From positions 22,942,001 to 23,006,000 of the forward strand of contig NC_087250.1 of assembly GCF_037042905.1 (NCBI RefSeq): a stretch of DNA of 64,000 nt. Direction: 5' to 3'. The notes below the pieces were generated by a model. The model saw nothing but the letters and a program-made list of their open reading frames with translations, was not told where the DNA came from and did no database searches. This document shows, piece by piece, positions 50,608 through 64,000 of this stretch. This DNA is from Lytechinus pictus (Eukaryota). Every line of letters begins with the position of its first letter. The stretch's first letter is position 1. The translations under genes were made by a program, and so were the position numbers.

Positions 50608-51923
50608 AGGAAGGAACGAAAGGAAGAATGGAAGAACAGAGTAGATGCAATGCCCCCAAAAATTAATTTTACATATAACCAATACAACATATTAAAAAAC
50701 CTTTAAAGATACTAAAGACAGAATTGCATCCCTTACTTCTATCATATTTCACTTTAATCGTGTCAATGGGATTGCACTTCGAACAAACCAAGCGCAAGAT
50801 TTTGCATGTGTTAAGTGTATGTGTACATCGTGCACATGAACATGGTGTGCACTTGCACAGTAACAATGTAAGTCTCAATTACCTAGCCAGGAGTACTCCA
50901 TCAAATTCATGACTAACCTGAAATAAGGAGCGCCGACAGGGATAACGGGCATATAAATTGCAACAAATAATAGCTGGAATTTCACATCATACAGTTTTTA
51001 GATAACATTGGCTTGCGTTAATTTCAATTCAATTCGATTTCATTTTATTGTCCACATGGAAATTCATTTTGCTCACATTATAAACATTTGTAATAAAACA
51101 TTACATATATCACATGCATAGATACAATTATACAAGACTACACCAGAAGGCGTCAAATACAAGGAAAATTCTCCAGGATAATCTTAATGTTAATTTTGTG
51201 AAATACCAAATCATATTTCTTGGTAGACCCATAATAGCCTCGTCCAGACTCAGGCAGATATAATTCTCTTGTGGGCAATGTATTTGATATTCCCCTCAAA
51301 GCCAGTCAATATTAAAGCAATATTGACTGGCCTCGGGGCGATACGACTTATATCGCCGAAACTCTATCTATATCGCCCGAGTTGTAGACGAGGGTGATAT
51401 CAATTTAGTGAGGGCAATACATGTCCTTTCGCCCCCAGGCCAGTCAAATTATTAACCAAATCAGACATCTAGAGAAAAATCGTGAAAATTTAGATATTTT
51501 ACAGTTTAAGAATGGGAATCTTTTTTTTATCATGTTTAGCAGACTGGGCCTCTGAACTTCACCAGTTTGAATTGATAACATGACGCGGCCATGGCCTGGG
51601 GACGCAGTAGCCAGCATTGTCTCAACTTGACGTATAGCAATGCGCGCGTAGAATACCAGGAAGTTAGCTCTGCCTTATTGCCCGCTACATTTCCACGCAT
51701 TTTCTCATAGACTTTCCTGAGCGGGCAATAAATTTGTCCATGGTTAAAGGAATGGAAACTTATTGACCGACCACTTGATCCCAGTCTTAAGCAGGCAATA
51801 GTGTATTAAAGTTACCCTGCTCAGATGTCTGATACGGTTAATATTATATAATTATATTCAAGGATAAATGTTATTAGATATTCCCCTCAAAGCCAGTCAA
51901 TATTATATAACTATTAAACTTAC

Positions 51924-51999
51924 TTGTGTTGTTCCTCTTAATCCCTGAGAGACGCATAACTTGAATGAACTCTTGAAATCTTGTACATCAGCTGATAAC
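51924..51999 (-). CDS. ABCB8: ABCB8 exon 6
   Basis: gtttag|R-LSADVQDFKSSFKLCVSQGLRGTTQ|gtaagt; 76 nt; DVQ.FKSSFK..SQGLR is characteristic of ABCB8. Confidence 0.95.
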
Positions 52000-52354
52000 C
52001 TAAACAATACATAATAATAATAAAAATCTGGTTATAATGCGCTAAATAGCATAAACATGATGAATACACACAAAGCCATCACCGTACCTCAATTCAACAA
52101 AGCGAACTCAGTATCGTTTTCTATTCTTTATATTCTAAAGAGCCTTGAGACATAGCTATAATGTGATATGCGCTATATAAAATCTTTATTATTATCACGA
52201 TTAACATTATTATATGTATTAATATCATTATAATTCTACTCAGCATGTTCTCACCACTAATCCCTGATTTCAACATAGACAAGGCAATGCGGCTGTGAGA
52301 ACAGGGTCCTGATGCAGAAAGAGTTGCGCTTAAACACAAGTCAAAATATCGGTT

Positions 52355-52919
52355 ACACTTCGTAATTCCGAAGGTTCTTTATTCCGAAGGTTCGTAATTC
52401 CGAAACACGTAAATTGCCTATACCTCAATGTTCGTTAATACGAAATCGAAAAAGGGTTCGTTAATCCGAACATTTGTGGCGTTATTCCGAAGGTTCGTAA
52501 CTCCGAAGGTTCGATAATCCGAAAACGAAATAAGGTTCGATGTTCCAAAGGTTCGTTAATCCGAAAACAAATAAGGTTCGTTGTTCCGAACGTTCGTTAA
52601 TCCGAAAACAAAATAAGGTTCGTTGTTCTGAAGGTTCGTTAGTCCGAAAACGAAATAAGGTTCGTTAATCATTTCGTTTTCGGACTAACAAACCTTCGGA
52701 ATTACGAACCTCATTTTGTTTTCGGATTAATGAACCTTCGGAATTACGAACCTCATTTCATTTTCGGACTAAAGAACCTTCGGAATTACGAACCTTATTT
52801 CGTTTTCGGATTAACGAACCTCCGGAATTACGAACCTTCGGAATTACGAACCTTCGGAAAAACGAACCTTCGGAATAACCGAACCTTCGGAATAACGAAG
52901 CTTCGGAATTACGAATGTA
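52355..52919. mobile_element. Palindromic MITE built from ~15-bp repeats, nested in another MITE (52303-53031)
   Basis: taattccgaaggttcg arrays invert to cgaaccttcggaatta; outer TIR tgcagaaagagttgcg. Confidence 0.75.
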
Positions 52920-53654
52920 TGCGAAAATATCAAGCGCTAGTCCCGAATACAGGTGCTTCATTGGCTGAAAATCAAGTTGCACAAGATTTGTTTAGTTGCG
53001 TTTGATCGCAACTCTTTCTGCAACGGGCCCCTGCACTGTGAAAGATGCTGAGCACATTTTAGTGGGATTCAAAGGCCCTCTTTTACAGCACCTAAATTTC
53101 TCAGCTTTGATAAAAGATCAGACCTGCCAACCTTCTACAACCAAAATAAGTATTCTTATAAGGAAAAAAAAACAATTTTTTTGACAAAAAAGAGAGTATT
53201 TTTAAAAATTTGTCTCAATGTAACAATCGCCAGCCAGTTTTGGTGAGAACATGTGATAATTCACCCTTTTAAAAATGTGCTTGTAGGCAAGAATTTACTT
53301 GTTCTTTTCATGCAACAAGTTACTGGCCCGACAATGATTTTTACCAGACTGGGACTGTCGGACCGGCGCTAGTGTCACGTGCTGTGTATATTACATACTC
53401 CAAGATCAGATTTTTTTTTTTAAAGTAACAAGTATTGGGGTATTTATAGCAAAAAAGAGGAACAAATACTCTAAAAAGGGGACGGTTGGCATGTGTGAAA
53501 GATGCAGCTCTGACTACAGTGAAGGTGCCACAACAAAGAGTGTCTTTTTGCTTTAATTGCACTCAGCGCGTTTTCTCTGGTTATTCCTCAGTTTCGTTAC
53601 AAGGCACTATGGCTACAGGAACGGTGCTGTGGAAAATGTGCAGCGTCTCTATAC

Positions 53655-53900
53655 GTGTGGTCCGGTGGTTAGAGCATTGGACTCATAATCGCAAGGTTGT
53701 GAGTTCGAATCCCCACTCTGCCATTGTCTCCACTTTAATAAAAGGGCCCGAGAGTAATATCTGTCGTCTAGAAGGTCAGCCACTGTGACTGATTAACCTA
53801 GACGTAAAATATTTCGTAGGTAATTGGTTATATACCAAGTTGGCATTTACCAGCAAAATGCTGTCCTGCCGAGTTCCTACGGGAGTTACCATAAAACAGA
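53655..53900 (+). mobile_element. SINE with tRNA-like head
   Basis: tggtccggtggttagagc, ctcataa loop, gttcgaatccc followed by a non-tRNA body. Confidence 0.55.
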
Positions 53901-54169
53901 AAAACAGATATAGTGTGATTAAAAGAGCTGATTTTTGCAAAGGTGAGTCTAAAAGTGTCAGAGAAAGGTGCTTAGAGGTATTCCTGCTAAAGACACAGAT
54001 CCATCTATTGTAAAAAAGATCTTCAAAAATACGTCTTTTGGCAGGCATTTGTATAATCAAAGTGTTTTAAAAGACCATTTGATGCGGCACCTGTTTTAGT
54101 CAGAGCTGTGCCTTTTAGCACATCCTGCATCCCCTCACTGAAATCTAATTTGGTGCGTGCTACCTTTAC

Positions 54170-54315
54170 CTGTTCACTAATTCACCCGTATGATGTACGT
54201 CGAAGAAGGCTATGTCTTGTTTGAGGAGAGAGCTAAAGAGAGCTGTTCGGAGCCTGGATGCCAACCTTTCTCCGACGGAGGAGAGGATAGCAATGTAACT
54301 ACAGGTACATACTGC
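54170..54315 (-). CDS. ABCB8: ABCB8 exon 5
   Basis: gtgtag|[49 protein letters not shown]|gtaaag; 146 nt. Confidence 0.95.
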
Positions 54316-54647
54316 CTACACAAAATGAAGCAAACCAAAAAGAAAAGGGAGGAAAAGAAGTAAGAAAAGGAGAAAAGGAAGAAAAGTATGAGAAATATAA
54401 GTTCAAGGGATTCGAACACACGACCCTCTGATTTCATGGAGAGAGTAATATAGTGTATACAAGAGGCTTACTATAATCCGGGGGCATATTAGTGTTATCC
54501 TGATTCAAATAGGGTTGGTATAATTCCATTGTTTGTTTGGACATGAATTTTAAATCCATTGTAATGATTAAAAATACTCAATTCCCAAAACACTTTTTTT
54601 AAATTAAAAAAAGCAATTCATGACAACCCGTGAACTCAAATTCAAAC

Positions 54648-54806
54648 CTGGATGCCATAAGCTGACGTAAGACGGAGGGCTGGCCGAGCAACGGCTTCTA
54701 GATAGTTCCCAGCATGCTCTCTGCCAGTGAACTCTGACACCACCTGCACGAGGTCACCAAGAAGCAAGGGAATCTGAACGTTGATGAAGGCAGCTAACAT
54801 AGCGCT
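54648..54806 (-). CDS. ABCB8: ABCB8 exon 4
   Basis: tcacag|SAMLAAFINVQIPLLLGDLVQVVSEFTGREHAGNYLEAVARPALRLTSAYGIQ|gtttga; 159 nt; NVQIPLLLG as in vertebrate ABCB8. Confidence 0.95.
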
Positions 54807-55896
54807 CTGTGATCAGAGGGAATAATGAGAACAGGGATATCCGGATTTAGAAGCAGTACCAATAGTCTCGCTCTGATATGCGAGACAAAAATAATAGATA
54901 ACCTAATTATAGATAAATTTAATCAAAATAACCCAAAGAAGTACTTGCTTGAATGCAGACAAAACTAATTGAGAGCTTCAAAAAAGGGAAAATATCTTTT
55001 GAAGTTTGGGATTCACTCAAACATGACTACGTGGACATGGAGCAGTTTCTGTCAAACTTCAAGACAGTTCCCCAAACCTTGTGTCAAAATTTTTTTTATC
55101 CTGGTTTCTAATTAACATTAAATTTTGACATAAAAATGAAGAGTTAATAAGGGCCACATTTCATAAGGCTTGTTAGAATAACAAATTTTTATAACACTGA
55201 AATCCTTCAATATGATTGGCTGATGGTAAATTTGTTATAGAAATTTTGCTTTTTGTTATTATAACAAGTCTTCATGAAACAGGAAAAAAGTATCTTTTTA
55301 AATTTTTGCTTTATGAAGACCCAAAATTACTAATTTTGGCTATTTACAGAGAGCTTTTCCTGGCGACTTTTTGTTGGTTTTGGGGTGCCTGGTCACATAT
55401 AAACCAAGAGTTTATTTCCAAAAGAACGAAACGATATCAACTTGAAGACAAAAATAATGAAAAGAATAAAACTTTTTGATAAACGGAACATGGTTCAAGG
55501 TTTACACCTCATCATCAGCCTAAAATAAAAAACAGTCATTGGTATTTATACATTTTGGATATCAATGTAATTAGAAGAATGTAAACTTGTAAGTTTACAA
55601 GAATACAATGGTATTCAACCCCACCCCTACTGACCTATCACCCACATAGTTTTACTTTAACTCTTTCTTTTATATTAACCTTGTTCCACATACCTTTGTA
55701 TTCATTTAACTACAATAAGAAAATATTTCCAGATATCCAAAATGTATATATACCAGTGACTCTATTTTTTAATTTTAGGCTGATTATGAAGTGCGAACCT
55801 TGAAACATGTTCCATTTATTAAAATGTTATGTACAGTACTCTTCGTTATTTCTGTCTTCAAACCAAGAGTTCTGGCGCAACCAATCGGACACTTAC

Positions 55897-56126
55897 TGCA
55901 ACAGCTAACAGGAGATACAGGACGTCTTCCCTCAAGAACTTGAGGACCTCCCAGAAGTGCTCCCCGCCGTTGGTCTCCAGGCCGGATCCGTTGGTCTCCT
56001 TCTCCAGGAGCCTTGTGGCTCCAGTTGCTTTAAATGTACATTCTGCCCGATGTATTCTGGAACCGGTATGCAGAGCTACCCCGGCTCCGACCCCGAAGGC
56101 CAGCGTCCGAGAAGGCGTCCATGTCC
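55897..56126 (-). CDS. ABCB8: ABCB8 exon 3
   Basis: gaacag|G-TWTPSRTLAFGVGAG...HFWEVLKFLREDVLYLLLAVA|gtaagt; 230 nt; phase matches exons 2 and 4. Confidence 0.88.
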
Positions 56127-57261
56127 CTGTTCAGATAACAAAATAAATTGAAGAACAGGTTATTTGCTATCAACCAAAGTCAAACAGAATTGCATACTTG
56201 CCAAGCCTGATAACCAAGAACCAGCCAGCATGCAGAGCTACCCCGGCTCTGGCCCTAAATGCTTACGCCCAAGAAGGCGTCCATATCCCTGTACAGATCA
56301 TGAAAACAAATTGAGGAACAAGTGTGCGGGTGAATCAAACCTCCCCCCCTTAACTTTCTGCAAATTTTCCCCAGCGCAAAATTTTTCAACAACGCCGCTC
56401 GCTGACTTTTACTCTCAAGTCCTGCACATCCTTCAAGACCAAATATGCAACACGGGGGGTTCATAGTTATGTAATATTAAGTATAAGTAAGAGCACATTA
56501 GACCCAAAATTGCTCCAAAGCATGATTTCATGAACAAAGTCAATGCAAATTCAATTCTACTCATCTTATTCATAAAGATATGATTATTTCTACTTCCGTC
56601 AGCCAGGTGAAATTAATTAATTTTAGCATGATTGTGCTTAAAAATGGTTCTGCAATAAATCTAGAGAAACAAAGATAAACAATTCATATTAGGAAATCAA
56701 AACTTTTTTTCAAACACAATTTTAAGGAATGCCACAAAGAATAAACATCAAAAAATTATGGAACATTTATTTCGCAAATATGAATTTTTATCCATAATTT
56801 ATCCATAAATTAGTTCAATTCAATTCAGGTTTATTGCAAAAAACAAAAAACATGATTGGCAGTCACAGACTGAATTGTACATGCTTACACAATACCCATA
56901 TGAAAATAATCAAAATTAGTAAGATTAACAATGAATATACATGTGCAGTTAAAAATGGAGTTAAAATGGATAAGTTGAAACAAATCAACAAAAGTCGAGC
57001 AAACAGTTTATCAATATCAGAGCTCATAAAGATAGGTGGTCTGACTGTTAAATATGGCGCCTAGCAGAATGAATGCATATCAATTAATAAAAATCTACTT
57101 CTTTCTAAAAAAATTTCCACACACTACTATTGTGCCCATTTTTGCGGAGCTTGCACAATTGTTAGTTGAGATCCCCCCCCCCCCCCTGGCCAAGAAACAG
57201 TTGAAAAAATGTCCAGCCTGGCTTATAGGGTTAACTCATGTTAACTCATGGTCTTGCTAAC

Positions 57262-57401
57262 CTTTAATTCCTCTCTCGCCCTTCAAGATAGACCCTTGAC
57301 CCTGAATCCTGCGCACGCAATGTCTTAAGAGATGGCGGAAGGAGGGCGGTGTCGATCGAGCAGGCAGCGCCCTGAATTGGTGAAGGAGTGAAAACCTAAG
57401 C
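57262..57401 (-). CDS. ABCB8: ABCB8 exon 2 (mitochondrial presequence-like)
   Basis: Pyrimidine tract + ag|LRFSLLHQFRALPARSTPPSFRHLLRHCVRRIQGQGSILKGERGIK-G|gttagc; Arg-rich and acid-poor; alternative in-frame acceptor 6 nt downstream. Confidence 0.75.
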
Positions 57402-58904
57402 CTTGAGAGAAATCAAAGAGAGAGAATAACAGAATTATCATATGTTAAAGACATTTCAAAATGATACTGCATTGCCATTCTCAAAATCGTTTTACTTTAA
57501 TAATAAAAATATTTTTCAGATAACCCAGCTAGATGAAAGAAATTCCACAAATGCATCTGCCAATAAGCACATTCGTATTCAATTGACCAAGTAACTTTAC
57601 CTTTTGTTACACATATTTAATATTTTAGAGAGAGAACACTGGGGATGAAAATAATAAAATGTGATAACTTTTTTTTTAAGGGGCCCGCAACACAAAGTCT
57701 AGTAATGATTGCAGAACAAAGCACAAATTTGTCCATTGTTCAGTTGGTTTAACCTAACACGGATCAAGGGGGGGCAGAGGGACCCCCCCCCCAAAAAAAA
57801 AGGGAGACAAACACTTCTTTTGAAAAAGAGGAAATAGTGGAAAGAGCAAAAGTAAAGATAGAAACAGATCCATGGGGCTTGAAGGGCATCCCCACCCAAA
57901 GGAGGGGAAGGGAGGGGGAGGAAAAGATGAAAAGGAAAAGAAAGATGGAGAAAAGAAAGAACAGATAGAGAAATGGATCCAGGCAGACCAGAGGGGCCTC
58001 ACCCCCCCCCCTTTCAAAAAGCCAGAAAAGGAGAAAATTAAGAAAATGAGAGGGAAGAAGAAATTAAGGGAAAGGGGAGAGGAAAATAAGAATACTAAAG
58101 GTAGAAAAATGGATCAAGGGGGCCGAAGGGGCTATGCTCCCCCCCCCAAAAAAAAAAAAGAGACATACTGATGGAAAGGGGAACAAAAGGGGGAGAAAGA
58201 GAGAGAATAAGAAACATAAAGGAAAGGGGGAGAGATGAGGAACATCATTAAAGTTAGAGAAACAGATCCAGATGCCGGATGGCTAAAGGACCCCCCCCCC
58301 CCATCTTAAATTCTGTTATTTCTTCTCTCCCCTCTTTTTTTTGGGGGGAGTGGGGACAAGGCCCCACCAGCCTTCTGGATCTGATTTCCATCTTTCATCC
58401 TGTTCCTTCCTCTTCTATCTCCATTTCCTTTATTTATTTTTTACTTTTCTTCTTTTTTCTGTCTTTTCCCCCTTTTTTCTGGGGGGGGGGGCAGCCAGGC
58501 CAAGGCCCCTCTGACCCCTGGATCAATTTCTCTATCTGTTCTTTCTTCCCTCCCATCTTTCTTTTCCTCTTCCCCTTCTTTTCTTGTCATCTGTCTGCCA
58601 TTTTGTTTTCAATATTGACAGGAGAAAGAACGAGACAGAACTTTTCCTTTTTTTGAGGGTCCAGTTTGTGCCTCGATGTCAGGATTCTGTGTCATGATAG
58701 ACCTTTATCCATATAATCGTGGTAAGTGCATAATTTATTTCCCCCCCCTTTTATTTGGAGTGCTATTGCGACCCCATTCTACCCCATTTTGGAGAGTATA
58801 TGTTTGACTAGTATTACACGGATGAGTCCTGGGCTCAGGCACGCAAAGCGGGCCAGAGCTCCCTAGGTTACTTAAACCAGGGCTCGAAATTAGCAGTGGC
58901 CCAG

Positions 58905-60365
58905 GGGGGGTATTCTGAAAAGTCTCATAAGTTTCCTCATAAGTTTCCACTTAAGTATCCTCATAAGTTACCCAATTAATAGAGCGCTAATGTACCTCCA
59001 AATTCGTATTCTGAAAACTCTATTAGCGCTCAATTAACTCCCTTTAGGACACTCCCCTACTGAGCCGAATTAGCCAATCAAATGCGCTCTTACAACATAA
59101 AATTTTCTACTAGCGCGCAGTGTTTCTTCACTTTGCTGGCTTGCAGCGCAGCGCCCAGCTGCTGCAGGTGCACTGCGCCATGATCTTAATACAAAGAATC
59201 TTTGCTAAAAAATAATGCTAAAAGTATTTGCATCGGAGACTAGAGGTTCGTCATGTTGTTGAAGTTTACTCTTGTCTTGTCCCGTTCTCTCTCATTTATT
59301 GTACCTTTGTGCTTTTCTCTTTTTTTTCGAATGCATTCTGATTTGCACATCCAACTATGAATCCATTTGTAGCTTTCTTTGTTTTTTTTTACAATATTTT
59401 ATTTGCCTCTGTCTCGGGCCCTGATGGGGGGACTTCTTTAACTTAATTCCTACTCATTTAAAAAAATAACATACTTTTCATTAATATGAGAAATCTTCTC
59501 CAAAAAAATGCTGATTCGAATAAAAAGATTTTAAAAATCAAACAAGCATAATTAAAAAAAACACGAAATTTTAATAAAATAGGATGTATGTACAAATGTT
59601 ATGACATTTAAAATTTTATAGGTGGGGAAAACGATGGCATCGCCCACTTTTTTTTTTTTTTTTTGTATATTATTCTATGAGAGAATATTAATTTAAATAC
59701 TAAAGGGGTCTATGCTTATTTGTTTTATTGTCGGAAACATGGTTTGATTCACCCCTGAACATTGCTGCACCTACCGTGATTTGGCAATCTCATTATTGTC
59801 AAAATAATGTGCAAAAACAAAACACTTTATGATGTTAATATAGAACAAAATAATAGTCATATTACCCCTATAAGTACACAATTAATTTCTGTTTCCTTTT
59901 TCCCTCTTTTCTAATTTCTTTGTTACCAAAATTAATATAGGCCTATTCCTTACTTTACTTGTTTTTATATACCACCTTCTTTCTCTTTATTCTATTCCCT
60001 TTTTATACATTTCTCTTTTATTCTCTTCCTTCCTCCTAATTTTGGTCGCAGTATTAAACAAATTTGATGATATTTATAGGAAATGAAAGCCACATTTAGC
60101 AAGAGATGATGAGACTTAATGGACCTCTTATCGCTATTATCTTTCCCCACTGGAAAGTCCGCTAATTGAGCGCTATGTCATGAGACTTTTCAGAATACCA
60201 AGTCTTGTAACTACTCAATTTAGTCTTCGCGCGGTCATAATGCGTACTATTGCAGGTGCGTGCAGCGCAACTCAACCCTGCCAAATACGGAAAGGGGCAC
60301 TTAAGTGACTTTTCAGAATACCAAAATGCTAATTGAGTACTAATTTAGCTTTCAGAATACCGCCC
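58905..60365. mobile_element. Harbinger-like non-autonomous element
   Basis: TIR ggg(g/c)ggtattctgaaa, CAG TSD. Confidence 0.8.
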
Positions 60366-60519
60366 CAGGGCAACCAAAAATGAGAGTCGGGCCACCAAAG
60401 ATTTTAATAAATTGTAATGTTTCTATTGTTTTAGGGCCACCAAAAATATGATATTTATGATTTTGGTGGACAGATTGGGCCACCAAGAAAAAGTTAGTGT
60501 GAAGCGATGCTTACAGTTA

Positions 60520-61236
60520 CACGGCCGTTTAATTTTTTCCCACATGGACCCATGCGGCATTACCCATAGATATTTACCAGAAAATTACAGGCCAGGCTTC
60601 TAGCTTACTCAGCCTTTTATTAATCAAGCCTGGCCTTATCGGGAATTAGTCACCTCTCTTCTCGTGTGTGTGCACTCGTTGTGTACAAAGACGTTAATGA
60701 CAATGTTATATCATAACCTAGTACCTACCTCGGGCGAAGTTCGTGCAGGCTCCACTCCACTTCACTACCGCTACACTACGCTCCACCTACCCAAACTTCG
60801 GGACGGTGAACCTATGCGATCCGTCACCAATCAGTCGCATTCGCATGCGTTGTTTTGAAATCGGCTGTGAATAATACGTGTGAGGAAAAGATACTGGCCC
60901 AAAATCACAAATTTTTAGGATAATCGGAGGATGGACACGGAGTGAAATACGGGTGTAGAGTAAGAATAAGATATTAAGTCATTCATCTTTCTCGTTATAT
61001 TTTTTTTCTTTAATTTTTACGATAAACATGATTGCCATCCCACCTTTGTGACTCGGTATATCCGAATTGGTTCACCGTCCCGAAGTTCGGGTAGGTGGAG
61101 CGTAGTGTAGCGGTAGTGAAGTGGAGCCTGCACGATCTTCGCCCGAGGTAATCGATAACCTTGTTCGTTGAATGAGTGAATGTTATAATATGGGAGTGGA
61201 AAGAAGTCACCAGTGCTGCCGAATTAAACGGCAGTG
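60520..61236. mobile_element. CAC-terminated TIR element containing a nested ~85-bp inverted-repeat MITE (60726-61150)
   Basis: Outer cac(g/t)gccgtttaatt; inner tacctcgggcgaag...gggacggtgaacc inverted. Confidence 0.65.
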
Positions 61237-61562
61237 AATGGACTGGTCACTGCCATGGCATGGTGTTGGTGACTTAAGTTAAACCAGGATAATACTGCTA
61301 CATGCCCTTTTTATTTCATACCGAAAGATAAATTAAAAAGGCCGAAAGATAGATTTTAAAAAAGGCCGCCCAGGGACAGGGTAATCAACAACCGTTCACT
61401 ATAGGCTGTACTGGCGTAAATGCACCTCCGCATCGCCCGACGAAACTATGGTCACATCCCGCTCGCCTACCCGGCTGGCGCTGGCGCTGGGCACGTTCAG
61501 CTCTACGTGATCAGACGTGAGGATGCGAAAACGAATGAAGGTTCGTGCAGTGACTGACTTAC

Positions 61563-61738
61563 ATGGTAAAGTTTTTGTTGTTCTGTCCAATATCCAAGCC
61601 ACAGAATTGCCTACTTTTTGGTAAATCTGTCATCCAGTTCCATCCTGCCCTAAATTTTCTCGGTATTACCGATGACGGCTTGAGTTTTCCGGCAAAGTAC
61701 AGCATATTATTCGCTCTAAATGCCGCAGTCGTCGGCAT
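61563..61738 (-). CDS. ABCB8: Candidate ABCB8 exon 1 (coding or mostly 5' UTR)
   Basis: CpG-richer unique region; ends ACC AT|gtaagt, in phase with exon 2; open frame from ATG at 61738. Confidence 0.55.
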
Positions 61739-62349
61739 TAACTCAGATGTATGGAGCGCCAAATTTTACTCGATTAATTATTGATTCAGCTCAGTCTATA
61801 TCTAGTCAAAAACGATATCATCGTGTGAAAAAGGTGATACAAGACTAAATTTTGTTACAAAATACATTTTGTCATTAAAAAATAAATGCATAATTTTCTG
61901 AAAAATCTCCCATATTAGTTATGTAAGAGAATTTTACTGTACGTACAAGATAGATTAAAGAAGGCCTCAATTTAGTCAAACCATGACCTGAACAGAAATA
62001 TTTCATTAAAAATTATTTTACTCATCATTTTATAACAAGAAGCACTCTGTTGAAAAATAATCATAACCAAAAGAATCACATTTTGTAACCATTCTTTTAT
62101 GTAATGACGCCAACAACAAAATTAATATTGTCTCCATTTCTTTTTGTATTTTGCAAGGAATCTTGGATGCTAAATCAGCCCTGATATTTGCAAATTAATA
62201 ATCAAAACTTTCACTTTGCTCATCATTATGTTCTTTGTGAGTAACCCGAGGGTTAGTAAAAAGACATAGTTGGTTTTCTCAGAAGATAATAATGATTTCA
62301 TTGTAGTCCATATATTGGACTTTTATGAAATAACAAGTAAAGGCATTAA

Positions 62350-62541
62350 TAAGTAAGTAGGGCCTAAGTAAGTAAGTAAGTAGGTAAGTAAGAAAATAAG
62401 TAAGTAAGTCAGTAAGTAAGTAATTAGTAAGTAAATAAGTCAGTCAGTAAGTAAAAAAGTAAGTAAGAAAGTTAAGTAAGTAAGAAAGTAAGTATTTCAG
62501 TAAGTAAGTAATTAATTAAGTAAGTAAGTAAGTAAGTAAGT
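62350..62541. repeat. (TAAG)n microsatellite
   Basis: Degenerate taagtaag array. Confidence 0.95.
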
Positions 62542-64000
62542 AATATCGGTCCACATCAAAGAAGCGTTGCATGAAGAATCAAACCGATATTGGTTTATTC
62601 AAGGGTGTTAGACCTCTATGCCAAATTGGTGTTAGCCTAACGCCACACTGTTGTTTTGAACAACAGCTTTCTGGTGTGGACCGGTAAAGATACACCAGGC
62701 TGGTGTTAAGTTATCACCGGCGTTCGAGTATTCCACGCAGTCCTACTTCTGATAGGCATATGGCTAGTCAACAGCTGTCATTAACAGCGCTTCCCATTTG
62801 ATAAATGCTTCATTTATATTATAATAAAGTATCTCGTGCCAAGACTGATTATTTAATCTTTCCAATTCTTTTTTACTGGGGATGCTGATTTGACAAGCAA
62901 AAGATAAAACTAAAAATATTGTCACTACAAAATCAAAGGTCATTTGGTTACATTTCTATATTTGTTTCCACATATTCCAGAATTCCAGGAGGTGTTGCCC
63001 TGCCTTTGCACCCCCGCTCAGGGGCCGCGGAAGCGGGGGGGGGGGGGGGCAGGAGGGCTTTAGCCCCCTCCCCCCACACTTTTTTCCAAAAATGTGTACA
63101 GAAACGTAAAACTGACCATATGATTTTGATTTTTGGCTCAGCCCGGCCCCCCCCCCCACCTGCCACTTTCCAGAGCCATGTACGCTTCCACATCAATACC
63201 AGATAGTTTTCTGTAGTTTATCATTCGAGAAGCTAGCGTCTTTATGTTTGGATTTCCATAACTCATGAGTGGTCACTGATATACCGAATCACAACATATT
63301 TATATTTTAAAGCGAATATAAGTAATGATATGATGTTAAAGTGTCAGGGATGTGACCCTTGTGTAGTCGGAGTTTGTTCTAAAGAGTATAACATATCTCC
63401 ATAGTAAAAATATATATCACAACGTTTACAAACATTGAATGTAAAAATACATTTAATACAATTGCATATTCAAAAGCAATGTATAACCGAGATAAGTATA
63501 TTGTTTTGAAGAAAAAAATTGGTGAATCAATAATAGTAAATATTAAAAAAAATACTATTAATAATAATAATAATAATAATTTTGTATATAATATATATAT
63601 ATATATATACGATGAAATAACGAAGTATGTCCCTGTCACGGAAAGAAAATAATAATTGAGATGCGTTGCTACGCAACGCATCTCATCCGTATACTATATG
63701 ACATGCTTAGTATATGGCGCTAGAGCGCAATTTTTGTATGAATTTGTTGTGAATCAATATTTCACTTTCTGAAGAATTAAAGACGAAACTGGTTAAAGTG
63801 GAATATTTGAGCATTCTTTGACTATTCTTCATTTAGTTTGATTATTATATATATATTTCAATTTCAATTTTTCAATTTCAATTTATTTCATTCATAAAAA
63901 CACATAAATATACATAGTAATAAACAAAATATCAATATAAGAATGTGGAGACAGCTTAGAAGAACCAAGTCTTATACAGTGCTGCCACCAAAATGTAAGC

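Noticed and set aside
52355..52919. CRISPR-like array
   Set aside because: No unique spacers, repeats invert around a centre as in a MITE, eukaryotic context, no cas genes
53655..53723. tRNA-Met gene (CAT anticodon loop)
   Set aside because: Acceptor stem does not pair and it runs into a SINE-like body; the other tRNA-like heads in the window are also SINEs
55829..56146. Plus-strand 105-aa ORF
   Set aside because: Antisense shadow of ABCB8 exon 3; likewise 39574-39984 shadows the BEN exon, and 244-465 and 905-1198 shadow the TRIM-like gene
57754..58656. G/K/E-rich and F/P-rich ORFs
   Set aside because: Inverted purine/pyrimidine low-complexity repeats with poly-G/C runs

Overview
AT-rich, repeat-dense, intron-containing animal DNA; the SINE/MITE repertoire suggests a sea urchin or related invertebrate deuterostome (inference). 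The backbone is a minus-strand ABCB8 (mitochondrial ABC half-transporter) gene. Ten phase-consistent GT-AG exons run from ~61.7 kb down to 23.8 kb, and the nucleotide-binding-domain exons are not in the window. Two large structures sit inside its introns. (1) 1-22.7 kb: a plus-strand tandem array of three single-coding-exon, RING-less TRIM-like genes (B-box2, coiled coil, NHL-type beta-propeller). They have hypervariable, almost purely non-synonymous propeller loops, mosaic ancestry and a GA-rich repeat at the duplication boundary, which looks like a diversifying innate-immune receptor family. (2) 33.2-50.4 kb: a 17.2-kb TIR element with a TA target duplication that splits a SINE in two. It carries a Zator-like transposase first exon, an intact BEN-domain exon and decayed cargo. 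Also present: a short SINE with a 7SL/Alu-like head, duplicated decoy splice acceptors before three ABCB8 exons, TA->TACATGTA footprints and many nested MITEs. Family assignments come from recalled motifs, not database searches.
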